IMG/VR virus record: IMGVR_UViG_3300035507_000199
Location: 12,201 to 76,200 of that record
DNA: 64,000 nucleotides
Reading direction: 5' to 3' (one strand)
Origin: a virus
Taxonomy: Duplodnaviria > Caudoviricetes
This document shows, one piece after another, positions 32,001-41,458 of the stretch (position 1 is its first letter; every line of letters begins with the position of its first letter). Under the pieces are notes generated by a model. It ran no database searches, was not told the origin of the DNA, and saw nothing but the letters and a program-made list of their open reading frames with translations. The position numbers and the translations under genes were made by a program.

Positions 32001-35000
32001 GAGCTGCTTCAATTACTTGTTTAGCTTCTTCGACACTGGCTAAATATTGTCCAACACTTTGAGCTTTATTAATTAATTCTCCATCCTCATTAAAATCTAA
32101 ATAAGAAGATTCTATTGAATCTAAAATAGGAGATAAAATATCACTTCCATAATTTTTAGTTTCATAATCAACGGATATAAAATCATCTATTAATAAACCA
32201 TAATCATTAGTTAATTCTTCTTTTTCCTCTTCTGAAGCAGATGTTAATTTATTGGCTAAATCTGATAAAACTTCTTTAACAGTAGATTCTGCATTTAAAT
32301 TATAATTTGTAACATAATTTTTTAATAATTCTACAATTTGTTCTTCATTATCAATAAGAAAACCAGATAATGTTTCATCTGTTACAGATAAATCTTCAAC
32401 GGGAAGATATGATTGAATCCAAAAATTATTATTATAATCAGGATCAAGCGTATCTGATGAATAGCCTAAAGCTTGAAGATTGCCACTTTTAGTATTACCA
32501 TCTTGACTATATGAATATAAAGGAATATCTTTATTATTGGATAAATCTGACTGTGAAATTATTCCAGTTGTTAATTGACCATCTTTCCATTTATTTTCAT
32601 AATTATCTGCTTCGTCTTTTACTAATTGAGCTTCATCTTGAAGCGCATTTTTAGCAGAAGTAGCTGCAGCATTAACTTGTGCTTCACGTTTCTCTTCAAT
32701 AGCTTTTGTTAAAGCTTTATAATTTTCAGTTAAAATTAAAAGTTTTTCATTTTCTAATCCATACTGCTCTAATAATGCTTCAGTAGCACTAGTTAAATCT
32801 TCTTTACTACCTGTTCCATCATTATATGCTTGTAATGCAGTTTTATAATTTGAGTATAATTCTTTTGCAGAATCTGCCTCAGATTGCGCCTCTTCTGCGG
32901 CTTTTTGACTAGCTTCTGCATTTTCTTTTAATTTTTCAGTATTTTTTTCTGTTATACTATTAAGAGCAGAAATAGCTGCTACTGCTCCTAAAATTGCCAC
33001 TGCTAAAACAGCAATAACTGGATGTGTATACCATACAGCTGCATTTGATCCAACAGCTATACTATTTCTTTCTATTGCTGCAGTTTCAGCATCCGTAAAA
33101 TTAGCTTCAGTATTAGTAATTGCGGCTTTCGCAGTTTTAAAAGCAATGCTAGCGCTAATAGCTAAATTATTAGCCTTTTCTGCAGCAATTTGAGTTAAAG
33201 TAGCTCCTGCTTCTTTAACTCTTAAAGCCGTAATAGCTTCATCTAATGTTTTTTGTGCTTCTCTAATTGACTTATATGCTTGAATGGCAGTATTTAATGC
33301 CATAAAACCAGAAACTACTTTTTGAATTCCACTCGTTTCATCATCAAAAAGTTCACTTCCGAAATTAGATATTGTACTTAATGCCATCGCATAAGTCATT
33401 CCTGCTCCCGCAACTTTAACAAAACCTTCAGATAAAGAAGCAGTTTTACCCTGTAAGCCCTCTATTGCTTCACCAGCTGTTTTTGCAGCATTTCTCGAAT
33501 CTGCAAATTTTTGATTTGCATTATATATTTTTGCTCCAAGATTATCTGCAGAACCAACAATATTATCAACTACTTGTTTAGCTTGCTCTGCATCTCCAGT
33601 ACTATCTCTTAAAATTGCTTCAGCTTCATTAAATTTCTCTAAAGCATTTGACCCAACCGTTTCAACAGCCTTGTCTAAGTTTGAAAGACCTTGAGAAACA
33701 TTAGTAACATCTTCACTTTTAATATCCTTTAGTATCTCGTTAATTTCTTCTAGTTTTTCGGTATCTATATTTCCAGTTGATTGAAGAGCTTCATAATAAT
33801 CTGTCACATATTGTTTTGCTTTTTGTAAATCTTCTGGATTATTAATGTCAATATCTCCAAGCCTAGATTGCAACCCTTCTAAAACTTTATATTCATTTTC
33901 TAATTCTTTAGCTTCTTTAATTGTACTTTCAAATTGTTTACTATTTTTATTTTTTGTCTCCTGATCTGTCGTTGTTTGCGACCTTAATATTGATCTTTGA
34001 GCTTGTCTAGTTTGAGATTTTACAATAGCTTCCTGTTCTTCTTTATTTTTAACTAATTGAAGATATTGATCTCCAAGTTCTGAGCTAATATCCATCAAAG
34101 ATTGAACCCTTTTTAAATCATTCTCAGAAACTTCTTTACCTGCGGCTGCTAATTGTTTAGTTTTTTCAATTAATTGATCTTGTAAATCTGCTTGTTGAAT
34201 ATATATATCTGCTGTAGCAGCATTAGAGCCTTTATCAGTATCCATCATCATATCTCTTAAAGCTTGATTTGCTTCTTTTCTCTGGTTTAAAATTTCTTCC
34301 ATACCAGCTTGAGAATTTACTTTAAGATTATAAATCATATTATCAATACCAGTAGAAATATCATCACTAAACATATTTAATAATAGTCCACCAACAGCCG
34401 GAAGAATGCTTGATAAACCGCCAAAAGCATCAATTAAACCATCAATTCCATCAACAATAGAATCTATAACATTCAATACAGCAATAAAAGCATTATCATC
34501 TATTAAGTCTGAATAAATTGCCTCTAATGAAGCTCTTACTCTTTTACTCGCAGCTTCCCAAGATTCCTCATAAATTTCAGCTTGTTCAGTTAAAGTGCCT
34601 TCTGAATCTTGTGCAACTGCTAAGTTTTCTTTCATATAATCCCAGTTATTCATTAATGCCATTAACTGAGTATATTGTCTTGTTCCTGCAACAGCTTGTG
34701 CAACTGCTAATTGAGTATCATTTGATAAAGTTCCCCATTTATCTCCTAACTCATCAAGAACTGTATCCATGTCTTTTAGCTCTCCACTGGCATCTTTAAT
34801 ATCAACACCGACTTTTTCAAGAGCTTGAGAATAAGTTCCTAAATCAGTTCCATCATCAAGAGTTTCTCCTAACTCTAAGTCTTGAATACGAGCAAAAATA
34901 GTTTTAAAAGCATTACCAACAGTATCTGCTGATTCTCTTGTTTTTGCTACTACAGTAGCTAATGCAGATGTTGCATATTCATAACTTAATCCAGCAGTTT

Positions 35001-35880
35001 CTGCTACTGCGGAGAATTTTGAAAGACCTTCTGCGATTTCAGATGAACTTGATGCAGTTGCAGCACCTAATGCAGTAATAACATCACTATAATGTTCAAG
35101 TGAAGTAGATCCATCATCAAAGTTATTCCAAATAGCTGTCATATAAGAGGAAACTTCAGTTGCAGCATCTCCAGTTGCTTGGGCCATTTTAATAACAACA
35201 TTAGTTCTATCTTCAACCTCTTCATCATCCAAACCTTGCTGATAGAAAATAAGAGCCGCATCGGTATAAGCGGTAGTAGTTGTACTTAATGACTGTGCAG
35301 CTTTATTTGCTTTTTCTGCAAAAGCAGCCATCTCATCTGAAGATTGTCCAGTTACAATTCTAATATTAGTTAAAGATTCATTTAAATCTTGCGCATATCC
35401 ATAAGCAGATTGCAAAGAACCCATAAAGCCATGTAAAATGCTAGATGATAATTGCCATCTTGCAGTATTCTTTAAAGTTGTAGAAAATTCTGATAATAAA
35501 GAACTTGTTCTCTTTAAAGGAACTTCTGCTGTAGAAATAGACTTCGCAATTTGTGAAAAAGCTTGAACTCCTTCTGGACCTAAATTAGTTAAATCCTTAG
35601 CATAATCTCCAATCTTTTTTCCACTATCTTTTAAAGCTTGATTAAATTTGCTTAAGTCTAAAGATCCAGTAGAAGTGGTTGATGACTGTAAAATACTTTT
35701 TAATTCATTAGCTGCTTTAATTCCATTATTAATTTCTTCTGTAATTCCTAAATTAGAAAATTTTCCAGAAGAAGCTGAACTAGCTAATTGAGTTAATTGA
35801 CTTTGTAAAGACTGAATTTGCGCTTTCGCATTACTAGTATCTGCGGTAAACGCTAAATTCACATTTAATTGTTTAGCCAT
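26083..35880 (-). CDS. Tail tape measure protein (3265 aa)
   Basis: TP901-type core (LTNIRIVTG..AKTRESADTVGNAFKTIFARI..AGTRQ), long helical/coiled-coil body, hydrophobic segments, C-terminal FDTGGYTG..LHQKEIVLN motif. Confidence 0.92.
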   Translation of the reverse strand: MAKQLNVNLAFTADTSNAKAQIQSLQSQLTQLASSASSGKFSNLGITEEINNGIKAANELKSILQSSTTSTGSLDLSKFNQALKDSGKKIGDYAKDLTNLGPEGVQAFSQIAKSISTAEVPLKRTSSLLSEFSTTLKNTARWQLSSSILHGFMGSLQSAYGYAQDLNESLTNIRIVTGQSSDEMAAFAEKANKAAQSLSTTTTAYTDAALIFYQQGLDDEEVEDRTNVVIKMAQATGDAATEVSSYMTAIWNNFDDGSTSLEHYSDVITALGAATASSSSEIAEGLSKFSAVAETAGLSYEYATSALATVVAKTRESADTVGNAFKTIFARIQDLELGETLDDGTDLGTYSQALEKVGVDIKDASGELKDMDTVLDELGDKWGTLSNDTQLAVAQAVAGTRQYTQLMALMNNWDYMKENLAVAQDSEGTLTEQAEIYEESWEAASKRVRASLEAIYSDLIDDNAFIAVLNVIDSIVDGIDGLIDAFGGLSSILPAVGGLLLNMFSDDISTGIDNMIYNLKVNSQAGMEEILNQRKEANQALRDMMMDTDKGSNAATADIYIQQADLQDQLIEKTKQLAAAGKEVSENDLKRVQSLMDISSELGDQYLQLVKNKEEQEAIVKSQTRQAQRSILRSQTTTDQETKNKNSKQFESTIKEAKELENEYKVLEGLQSRLGDIDINNPEDLQKAKQYVTDYYEALQSTGNIDTEKLEEINEILKDIKSEDVTNVSQGLSNLDKAVETVGSNALEKFNEAEAILRDSTGDAEQAKQVVDNIVGSADNLGAKIYNANQKFADSRNAAKTAGEAIEGLQGKTASLSEGFVKVAGAGMTYAMALSTISNFGSELFDDETSGIQKVVSGFMALNTAIQAYKSIREAQKTLDEAITALRVKEAGATLTQIAAEKANNLAISASIAFKTAKAAITNTEANFTDAETAAIERNSIAVGSNAAVWYTHPVIAVLAVAILGAVAAISALNSITEKNTEKLKENAEASQKAAEEAQSEADSAKELYSNYKTALQAYNDGTGSKEDLTSATEALLEQYGLENEKLLILTENYKALTKAIEEKREAQVNAAATSAKNALQDEAQLVKDEADNYENKWKDGQLTTGIISQSDLSNNKDIPLYSYSQDGNTKSGNLQALGYSSDTLDPDYNNNFWIQSYLPVEDLSVTDETLSGFLIDNEEQIVELLKNYVTNYNLNAESTVKEVLSDLANKLTSASEEEKEELTNDYGLLIDDFISVDYETKNYGSDILSPILDSIESSYLDFNEDGELINKAQSVGQYLASVEEAKQVIEAAQDQYSDADLELDSQYQDLVAFYDANSDYAENIEKLKEQYGENISEALSLTPENQKEASSIKTLSDYEAFFEDMVKNVSDKIKEDTEDLGIFDFDDESFNEFVKNLVTQLYSADDSLGNFADIYAATLQLIQSSGEDLDDDELVAYQTELTNIYDSLDDAQKEYFFKVDLSLINEDGDLDKQVKDQIDKAQKIADYETILVKTQAVRDNSGDNFEDMGTDQQSYLDWAEKAGITFGEDGFDSLNDFMKQSYEEQQETLQKYLDGLENDLKEKRDVAKDAADEIAGLYEQEASSKESEANAKEDDIKEKTNGKEISDLSEEEISTLGLEEDIKEWQELKDAEQAATDKAKEYNDFSTNADDEQVLQQIIAEKEAAIIRAESLDELKSSWDTIFSTGSEAERTAAQERLKQIIEEETQDLTIQDLQWIKLQDDVNDVVTPAQELSIVLNDIINNGAGIEDLSQAFLDNSISIETLVNGLAELTALDGFDSSKLNELDAVINKMGPELEAAVQGRTLTTEQATQAVANLVEQYGGASSLGIKTFEDLQDAAERLNLSVETQNALFQSLQETLDDDIDTDEFENLVDYIEDADNEIEGLDKDMRSNEKQVKKVAQSLLRYNSALEDVADNYDDWMAALEAGDLQEQAEVGKELANTYGDLLDIDASSLSDGFLTSTENLKLLQEAANGSEEAYEELQEAAAKDILVQCGIDTSKYDEDLNYIESTAATANEELLDDLEVGASLDNEDFLNGLTQMINAAGMTAEQATDYLSSMGVDAQVEQVETTTEDAKEVLGWNSTLNPVTEKGSATVPVGTGDGMSTKDIDLPVTVYEETAEPVTQTGTEENTTSAFALKVTSANKSSGGNFKYNNSSAGGGSRRSSGSGTRSRGRSGSGSRSTTRRNSAEKKDPSAERYHKISKTLSTLEKQYDAISKAKDRAFGKSKLKNLQDELKTQQAIVKTQEEYLKQAKEYLKSDKKKLDSTGTTTVNVDGKDYKVNASAEGYLGMKVQYDENNNISNYDELTAANDKKLEEARKKYIQSNTDDDAAKLAWEKAQAQYEAFQKFLSQYEETVEKVQDEEQNLTDAANDAYDTIIEITNTKLELKIEVNEEELKLLDYYLNNLGDDIYDIAEAITILSKEADNSLSTISAVTQNMEDTYTDALTKAGVTDVDKKVQKLMNGETLSDEDMKSLQENMTDEQKEQLKSDTAKLLEENNNLLQIQAQIYEDIGKAFDDNDEKLDKQINKLQRLGKVTETYKNLVDIYGQKNLGVSNDTMNKLYETQRLQAKNEYDALVSKKEMQESEIKKMEEAKQQLIDLGFNENSTNVKELQEQIDAANDALETTEDNIEDAKSSIAELTVAQFVQEITSAVDAFKEACAGLAGNIDELQASFERSQDIEEEYIPEYQKVYELTKLTRQVNNSIDNTSNIKGKKELNKLLEEINAKQEKGVEMSEYELEYLQKKYELKVAELALSEAQNAKSQVRLTQDSEGNYGYVYTADDSQVEDAEQNYEDKLYEMQQLNADYINTLQEQMIQLRQEEADALASLADEYQGDVEGFNKAAAELQAYYAEKNRYTSEQMGIVIENNKELYEDDVATYAKATDNKALADEDYIEDFSQTQLSIATGYGRLEEYQDAYVQSAKDMYLTAADASAEYASNIQDDLTQMGYDADAFDKQMSEDLDEVQEESEALKDSISETAEQAEEDFQGIIDKVETFQSNYSKTIDEILAKNEALVASFNALLASWNQVETKNDTVQTDTGGTGGETGGTGGETGGTGDDGKGNSDDEKGKKLTNAIKKGIAAAIWMDGGDASGWGNDPYRAKRFKEKFGSKGSEIQSYINAHAANGDIYKEWASKRSKLKQYYYSKFDTGGYTGEWGSNEGKFAMLHQKEIVLNADDTENFLNAINMVREISNLIDLNAMSASGGLGQILAASIGKTSDQTLEQEVHITAEFPNATNKDEILEAFDNVINLASQYANRK

Positions 35881-35932
35881 CTATTTTGCTCCTTTCTCTC
35901 CAATTTATATTATTTTTTTTATTTTGCAAAAT

Positions 35933-35971
35933 AAAAAAGAGGGGAAAGAGTTAAAATACACTCTTTCCCCT
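35933..35971 (-). terminator. Intrinsic terminator upstream of tape measure gene
   Basis: Stem AGGGGAAAGAGT/ACTCTTTCCCCT plus U-tract. Confidence 0.75.
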
Positions 35972-36007
35972 TAACTCCTATTACAAATAAAAATTTTAAT
36001 AATAGGA

Positions 36008-36535
36008 TTAGCCTAATTTGGTTAATACATCTTTCAATAAAGAAAGCGAATTAGGATCATTCATTTTCTTTTGAAGCTCTGTAGCATCTAATTCTAAATT
36101 AGAATAATCTGTACTAATGGTTTCTAAAATACCAAGAACTGAATTTCTATAATCATAAACAGAATCAATACTATCATAAATACCATCAATTAAAAAATCA
36201 TACTCTTCTTGCGGAATAGCATCAATGATTTTACCAATAACTCCATTTGATGATAATAAATCATAAAGTTTTCCCGGATCTTCTCTTTGTTTATCTGTAA
36301 AAGTTAAATTAGTATAATATTGAATAATCTGTAATGATGCAAATAACATTATTTTTAATGGATTAGCAAAATTATTTTCGTCGGCAGAATCATTTATTAC
36401 ATTAGAAATAAGTACCAATTTTTCATTAATTGGTAAATATTGTTTTACTTCAATTTCAATATCATCATTAATTTTTACAATTTTAATATCATCTTTCTTT
36501 TTAAGTCCTAATTTACTAAAAGAAACTTTTGCCAT
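36008..36535 (-). CDS. Putative tail assembly chaperone (175 aa)
   Basis: Immediately upstream of TMP; IEVKQYLPINEK-type N-terminus; synteny. Confidence 0.5.
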   Translation of the reverse strand: MAKVSFSKLGLKKKDDIKIVKINDDIEIEVKQYLPINEKLVLISNVINDSADENNFANPLKIMLFASLQIIQYYTNLTFTDKQREDPGKLYDLLSSNGVIGKIIDAIPQEEYDFLIDGIYDSIDSVYDYRNSVLGILETISTDYSNLELDATELQKKMNDPNSLSLLKDVLTKLG

Positions 36536-36568
36536 TTATATAGCCTCCTTTATCTCTCTTTTAATATT

Positions 36569-36597
36569 ATTGTACCAAAAAAATTTTCTTTTGTCAA
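36569..36597 (-). promoter_or_regulatory. Sigma-A-type promoter
   Basis: TTGACA-N17-TACAAT upstream of 36535. Confidence 0.65.
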
Positions 36598-36602
36598 GTT
36601 AA

Positions 36603-37634
36603 TTAATCCTTTATTTTAAGCACAGATAATAATTTATCTATATCTTTTTCAACATAATCTTTAAGATGCTGATCAGCTTTATCTGTTAATTGTTGAATAA
36701 AAATTGCTTGTAATTTGGAAGATATGCTTTCTGCATTAATCTCTCTTAATCCTTCTATAATTAAGGGCATTTGAGTTACAATGGCAGCCATAGAAGTTAA
36801 AGCTACTTGATTACCAAATTTATCTTGCTCAGATAAAACATCTCCACCTTTATAATAAGCTAGATTACCTTTTCTAACTTCTTCATAAATCGATTGTAAA
36901 GCTCCATCTGAAAATTCAATTTGATTTAATTTCATATAGCGGTAAGTTTCCCATAAATGGCCCATAGCAAAAGTTTTTGACCTCCATTTACCGTCTCTAT
37001 TTTGATATGTATGTTTATGAGATGATGTATAAGCTATAATTTCATTATATAAAGGATCATCAGACGCTTGCTGAGTCATTTTCTTTTCTTGTAATTCTTT
37101 TATAACTTCTTTTAAATCAACTTCCAAACGAGCAAAATTAATATCTGACATACGGATACGAGTTGATAAAGACATAGTTCCTTCTAAAATATCTTCTAGA
37201 GTTAAATTACTAATATATTCAACATTTTTATCTGAATCTCCATAAAAGCCCACTGCATAGGTAATAGGCTCAAATAAAATATCACGAATTTTATTAATTA
37301 AATAATATCCAATAGCCATTTGAGATAATAATTGAGTATATAAAATAATTGCTTGAGCATCAGAAGCTGATTCATCAAAATTATTTTTCATAAAATCTTC
37401 CATATTAGCGCTATTAATCTGACGACGATAATTTTTTACAATCGTATTTTTTAATTGTAAATTTTCAATTTGCGCTTTAATACGCATAAAATTTCCTAAG
37501 AAATCATCAAGACTATTTGCTAAAGTATGGAGAACCGATAATACTTGATCTTGAGTTTCAGCAGAAGCTAATTCGCTTCCAGCTGTCTCCATTATTTCCA
37601 TTGCCCAATCTTTAGTATAAAGATCTTCATACAT
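36603..37634 (-). CDS. Hypothetical protein (343 aa)
   Basis: Start moved to ATG 37634 (AAAGGAG RBS); the ORF-track start lies inside a terminator. Confidence 0.65.
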   Translation of the reverse strand: MYEDLYTKDWAMEIMETAGSELASAETQDQVLSVLHTLANSLDDFLGNFMRIKAQIENLQLKNTIVKNYRRQINSANMEDFMKNNFDESASDAQAIILYTQLLSQMAIGYYLINKIRDILFEPITYAVGFYGDSDKNVEYISNLTLEDILEGTMSLSTRIRMSDINFARLEVDLKEVIKELQEKKMTQQASDDPLYNEIIAYTSSHKHTYQNRDGKWRSKTFAMGHLWETYRYMKLNQIEFSDGALQSIYEEVRKGNLAYYKGGDVLSEQDKFGNQVALTSMAAIVTQMPLIIEGLREINAESISSKLQAIFIQQLTDKADQHLKDYVEKDIDKLLSVLKIKD

Positions 37635-37654
37635 AATATTTTCTCCTTTAACAC

Positions 37655-37689
37655 AAAAAAGGGGAAATGCGGTTTCCCACATTTCCCCT
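37655..37689 (-). terminator. Intrinsic terminator after major tail gene
   Basis: Stem AGGGGAAATG/CATTTCCCCT plus U-tract. Confidence 0.75.
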
Positions 37690-37722
37690 AATTTTTTTTA
37701 ATAATTAATTGCTAAACCGCAA

Positions 37723-38727
37723 TTATAGCAATGCCTCATGATCAGCTTCATGAGAAGTACTATGACGATGTAGATCTTGACTTCTACCATCTTTAATAAT
37801 CTGAATAGCTGCTAACACTTTCTTACTATGATCAAATCTTGTATAATCTGGGAATGCATCCATAGTAAATGTAAATGTACTTGGATCTCCAGAAGATGCC
37901 ATAGTAAATGTGAAATTAGATTGAATCTTGCAGTTAGGAATAATAAATTCTGCTGGTAAGTCTACACCATTCTGATCTCTGAATAGAGTAGAAGCTTCAA
38001 GATAATAGTTACCACCAAATTTATCTGCGGTAATTTCAATCTGTTGTGCATCACTTTGACGCTCTACATAATAATCAACAAGAACGCTGTCAAACTCTGT
38101 AGTAATATCTGGTACATTACCATCTCCAGAAATAATATATTTACTATTTCCTTCTTCCTCAGAAGCATCATAGCAATCATGATAATTAACTTTAATTACA
38201 TAATTTCCATCTTCATCTACAGTAAGCTCTTTACCATGCTCTGGAATATAAGGTTCTGAAATAATGTCTCCATCTTTCATAAACATTACATAAGCATAAT
38301 TACCATTTTTATCACTTGGAAGATATGGCTGATTTGAAAGTGGAATGTAAACAGTTACATCTTGAGTTCCATCACTTTCAACAGTAACCACATTTCCATC
38401 AATGGTTTCAGTTACGTGCTGATAAACTGGTTTGCTACCAGAAGCTTCAATAAGTCCTGCACCAGACAGAATCATAAATCCTTCTGGAGAGATAAGCGCA
38501 TCCTCCATAGTGAAGGTTACTGTACGCTCACCTTCCCATGCAACCAAACGAGAGTTACCACGTCCACCTTGAGCATATACTGTTGTAGCAGCACCTTCCA
38601 TACTGGAAGTCTTCAAGGTATCAAAGTAGATAACAGGTTCATTTGCATAGAAGATTTTATTACCAATCTTAGTTGCTGCTTTAGCTTTTAAAACAACATC
38701 GCAAATTTCACGAACACCAAACTTCAT
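37723..38727 (-). CDS. Major tail (tube) protein
   Basis: TVYAQGGRGNSRLVAWEGERTVTFTMEDAL and FTMASSGDPSTFTFTMD motifs; followed by a terminator; synteny. Confidence 0.75.
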   Translation of the reverse strand: MKFGVREICDVVLKAKAATKIGNKIFYANEPVIYFDTLKTSSMEGAATTVYAQGGRGNSRLVAWEGERTVTFTMEDALISPEGFMILSGAGLIEASGSKPVYQHVTETIDGNVVTVESDGTQDVTVYIPLSNQPYLPSDKNGNYAYVMFMKDGDIISEPYIPEHGKELTVDEDGNYVIKVNYHDCYDASEEEGNSKYIISGDGNVPDITTEFDSVLVDYYVERQSDAQQIEITADKFGGNYYLEASTLFRDQNGVDLPAEFIIPNCKIQSNFTFTMASSGDPSTFTFTMDAFPDYTRFDHSKKVLAAIQIIKDGRSQDLHRHSTSHEADHEALL

Positions 38728-38751
38728 AGTGTATATTCCTCCTTGTTTTTT

Positions 38752-39474
38752 TTAATGGATATCTTTCATCCAGTTGTCGGGCTGAGAATCAGGTTTTCCG
38801 CCCGCAAGTCGTGTGCGGATATCTATATCCCAATTAGTATATAGTGAATATCTTTCCATAAGATCATATATTTGAAACATAGTTAAGTTGGTTAACTCAG
38901 CCATAGACATTGGCAATCCAACAGAAAGAATAGAAAGATACTTACTAAACACGCTAGAATTAGAGCCACCTTTTTGTGCGGCAACTCTTTGACGACCTCT
39001 CATTAATTTTTCCGCAATTTCTCTAGCTTTTTCATCAACAGGATTAAAAGCTTGTTGATCCATTGATCCACTATTGGAACAAAAGATTTGTCTAAGATAA
39101 TCTTGAAGAATCTCAAAATTCGATTCATCAATAGTAACTGCAATTTCTCCCTTTTGGAGTATTAATGAGCGTGGAGTAAAAAGAGCTTTAAAACCAGGAA
39201 ATAGAATAGATAAAACTTGTATTACACTAATCTTTTTTTCCTTCTCTTCTTTACTCATCACTACTGTCATAAATATCTGAAAATTATTTACTTCATCTAG
39301 AACATTTTTGTCCTCTATGAACATACTTTTATATAGACAAAGACATTGTACGCCAACAAAAAAATCATTTTCTCCTATCATAGAAATTTCTTTAATAGTT
39401 GGTTGATGAATTGCAATTTGGCATTCTGGAACTGGTATATCTACTCCAGTTAATAAAGCTAATCTAATATCCAT
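38752..39474 (-). CDS. Hypothetical neck/tail assembly protein (240 aa)
   Basis: Conserved-looking phage ORF between neck genes and tail tube. Confidence 0.55.
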   Translation of the reverse strand: MDIRLALLTGVDIPVPECQIAIHQPTIKEISMIGENDFFVGVQCLCLYKSMFIEDKNVLDEVNNFQIFMTVVMSKEEKEKKISVIQVLSILFPGFKALFTPRSLILQKGEIAVTIDESNFEILQDYLRQIFCSNSGSMDQQAFNPVDEKAREIAEKLMRGRQRVAAQKGGSNSSVFSKYLSILSVGLPMSMAELTNLTMFQIYDLMERYSLYTNWDIDIRTRLAGGKPDSQPDNWMKDIH

Positions 39475-39478
39475 TTAA

Positions 39479-40066
39479 TTAAATAATAGGATATTGATCC
39501 CTAAAGTCTTTCTCAAAATTAGCTTGATCTTTTGGATTTGCCATTGGACTCTTATCTTCTTCTCCATGAATAGCTGAATACATTAAACAAAGTCCAGCAT
39601 ACTCATTTGTCAATACAATTTGAGTCGCTCCAGAAAATTGCAAAGTACCAATACCTGTTAAATGCTTATTATTAAACATAGAATCAATTTCAGCGGCAAT
39701 CCGATATGGACGTAATTGAAAATCTTGTAACATCCATTGATCAAAATGACAAATAATATCAAATTCAATCATGTTATCTCTAAATTCTGTATTTGTAATA
39801 TTTGGAGTAAAATTATCAAATCTAATATTAATATAATTTAATACAGATCCATCAACAACAAGTTTAGGAATAATTTTAATATTTTTCCCAAACATATCTA
39901 AAGACTGTTCTTCCGATATATTTGGTCTACTAATTGCATCTTTTGAATTATAAAAAAGAAGCCTTTTAAGACGCTCACTTTTTAACATTTCATTTGTAAT
40001 TAATGCCATATCTTTTTCTACTGATAGAAAGCTTGATTTTGGCTCTTTATATCTTTGAATCTTCAT
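39479..40066 (-). CDS. Putative tail terminator / neck protein (195 aa)
   Basis: IEFDIICH..LRPYRIAAEIDSMFN pattern; synteny. Confidence 0.5.
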   Translation of the reverse strand: MKIQRYKEPKSSFLSVEKDMALITNEMLKSERLKRLLFYNSKDAISRPNISEEQSLDMFGKNIKIIPKLVVDGSVLNYINIRFDNFTPNITNTEFRDNMIEFDIICHFDQWMLQDFQLRPYRIAAEIDSMFNNKHLTGIGTLQFSGATQIVLTNEYAGLCLMYSAIHGEEDKSPMANPKDQANFEKDFRDQYPII

Positions 40067-40088
40067 TTTCAGTCTTCTCCTTTATCTC

Positions 40089-41195
40089 TTAAAATAATGA
40101 TTCTACAACAATCTTTTTAGTAAAATTACCAAAAGTAAGATTAAATTCTCCACTGTAAGAACTATCCCATTTTACATAAGCTTTTAAAGGATTCTTTTCA
40201 TCAATCCTTAAAGTCAGAGGATATTTTTTATCAACACTCCATTGTCCATTATTAAGACCAGAATAAGTATATTCATAAGTTCTTTTAGGTTTAATGAATG
40301 TTTCTCCAGAAATCATTATTTCTTCTGCTTCAGTATTAGGTGACTCAGGTTTTACTATTAATCCACCAACAAGCCCTTTCTCCAAATCATCTTCTGTTTC
40401 ATTAATATAATATTCAACAGCATTTACTTCAAGTATTCCAGGAGTACTAATCCAATCAGTAGCTTCAACTCTCCAACAAACTTGCGGAGACCCCTCATCA
40501 GCACCTTGTAAGTAAAATTTTGAATATCTTCTAAAATATTTTAATATTGCCTCTGTTCTAGGAAGTAATATATTTAAAGAATAATTTGGTGTATCAATAC
40601 TGATATCATGCTTTTGAATATAATTAATTTTTGTTTCTACTGGACCCTTAACTGCCGCATAGGTAGAATGATATCCATCTTCATCTTCCCATGCAATTTC
40701 ATAGGAGCATCTTCTAATATCTCCTCTAAAGTATGCTAATTCAGTTAAATCCTGTAAATATATAAGCCAATGAGTGTTAGTTCCTAACCATTCAAATACA
40801 TCTCCAGGTTTTAATCCAGTCTCTTTATGTACAGATATGATTTTATCATCATAATCTTGTTTCAATTTATCAGGATTAATCAAACATCTAATAGGTTTAT
40901 CAGATACATCAGCTTTTATATTAGCTGCTTGATAAGAATATTTTAAAGCTCGATCAAGAGATCTCCTCTTATCATATATCATTCGATCTTGTTGGGAAAA
41001 CCCACCATTAATACCTAATAAAACTGCTTGATTTTCAACCCCTACTAGATTTGAACTAGTAATAGATTGAATCTTTTTTTGATTCTTATCATCTACTTCA
41101 ACGCCCAATCGCTTAGCCATTAAATTTAAAGAAGTATTACGACTTTTTTCTTCATATCCTGTCATTAGATTAGCCCCTGTATCAAATTTATACAT
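40089..41195 (-). CDS. Putative head-closure (stopper) protein (368 aa)
   Basis: GLKPGDVFEW..HWLIY beta-barrel pattern; synteny after adaptor. Confidence 0.5.
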   Translation of the reverse strand: MYKFDTGANLMTGYEEKSRNTSLNLMAKRLGVEVDDKNQKKIQSITSSNLVGVENQAVLLGINGGFSQQDRMIYDKRRSLDRALKYSYQAANIKADVSDKPIRCLINPDKLKQDYDDKIISVHKETGLKPGDVFEWLGTNTHWLIYLQDLTELAYFRGDIRRCSYEIAWEDEDGYHSTYAAVKGPVETKINYIQKHDISIDTPNYSLNILLPRTEAILKYFRRYSKFYLQGADEGSPQVCWRVEATDWISTPGILEVNAVEYYINETEDDLEKGLVGGLIVKPESPNTEAEEIMISGETFIKPKRTYEYTYSGLNNGQWSVDKKYPLTLRIDEKNPLKAYVKWDSSYSGEFNLTFGNFTKKIVVESLF

Positions 41196-41458
41196 TCAAA
41201 AATTGTTTTTCGGTATAGCTCAAATTCTGTCTCTTTAACTCGCAATCCTTCTAATTTACTTAATAATTGTAAAAATGCTGGACTTTGTAAAATTTCATAA
41301 AGTCCAACAATCTCTAAAATAACAGTATCTAACTGTTTTTCCCAATCTTCTTCATGTTCGCGCATAGGAATTAATTTCCATAATTGGTTGGTTAAACGAC
41401 GAACATTCTTAATTATTGCATCATCTTCAATATCAATTCCATATTTATTTAAGAGCAC
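41165..41458 (-). CDS. Hypothetical protein (97 aa)
   Basis: Overlaps both neighbours in the head-completion cluster. Confidence 0.55.
   Translation of the reverse strand: MLLNKYGIDIEDDAIIKNVRRLTNQLWKLIPMREHEEDWEKQLDTVILEIVGLYEILQSPAFLQLLSKLEGLRVKETEFELYRKTIFECINLIQGLI

Noticed and set aside
36008-38727. Programmed -1 frameshift in tail chaperone genes
   Set aside because: No overlapping downstream frame before the TMP; a terminator follows the chaperone-like gene
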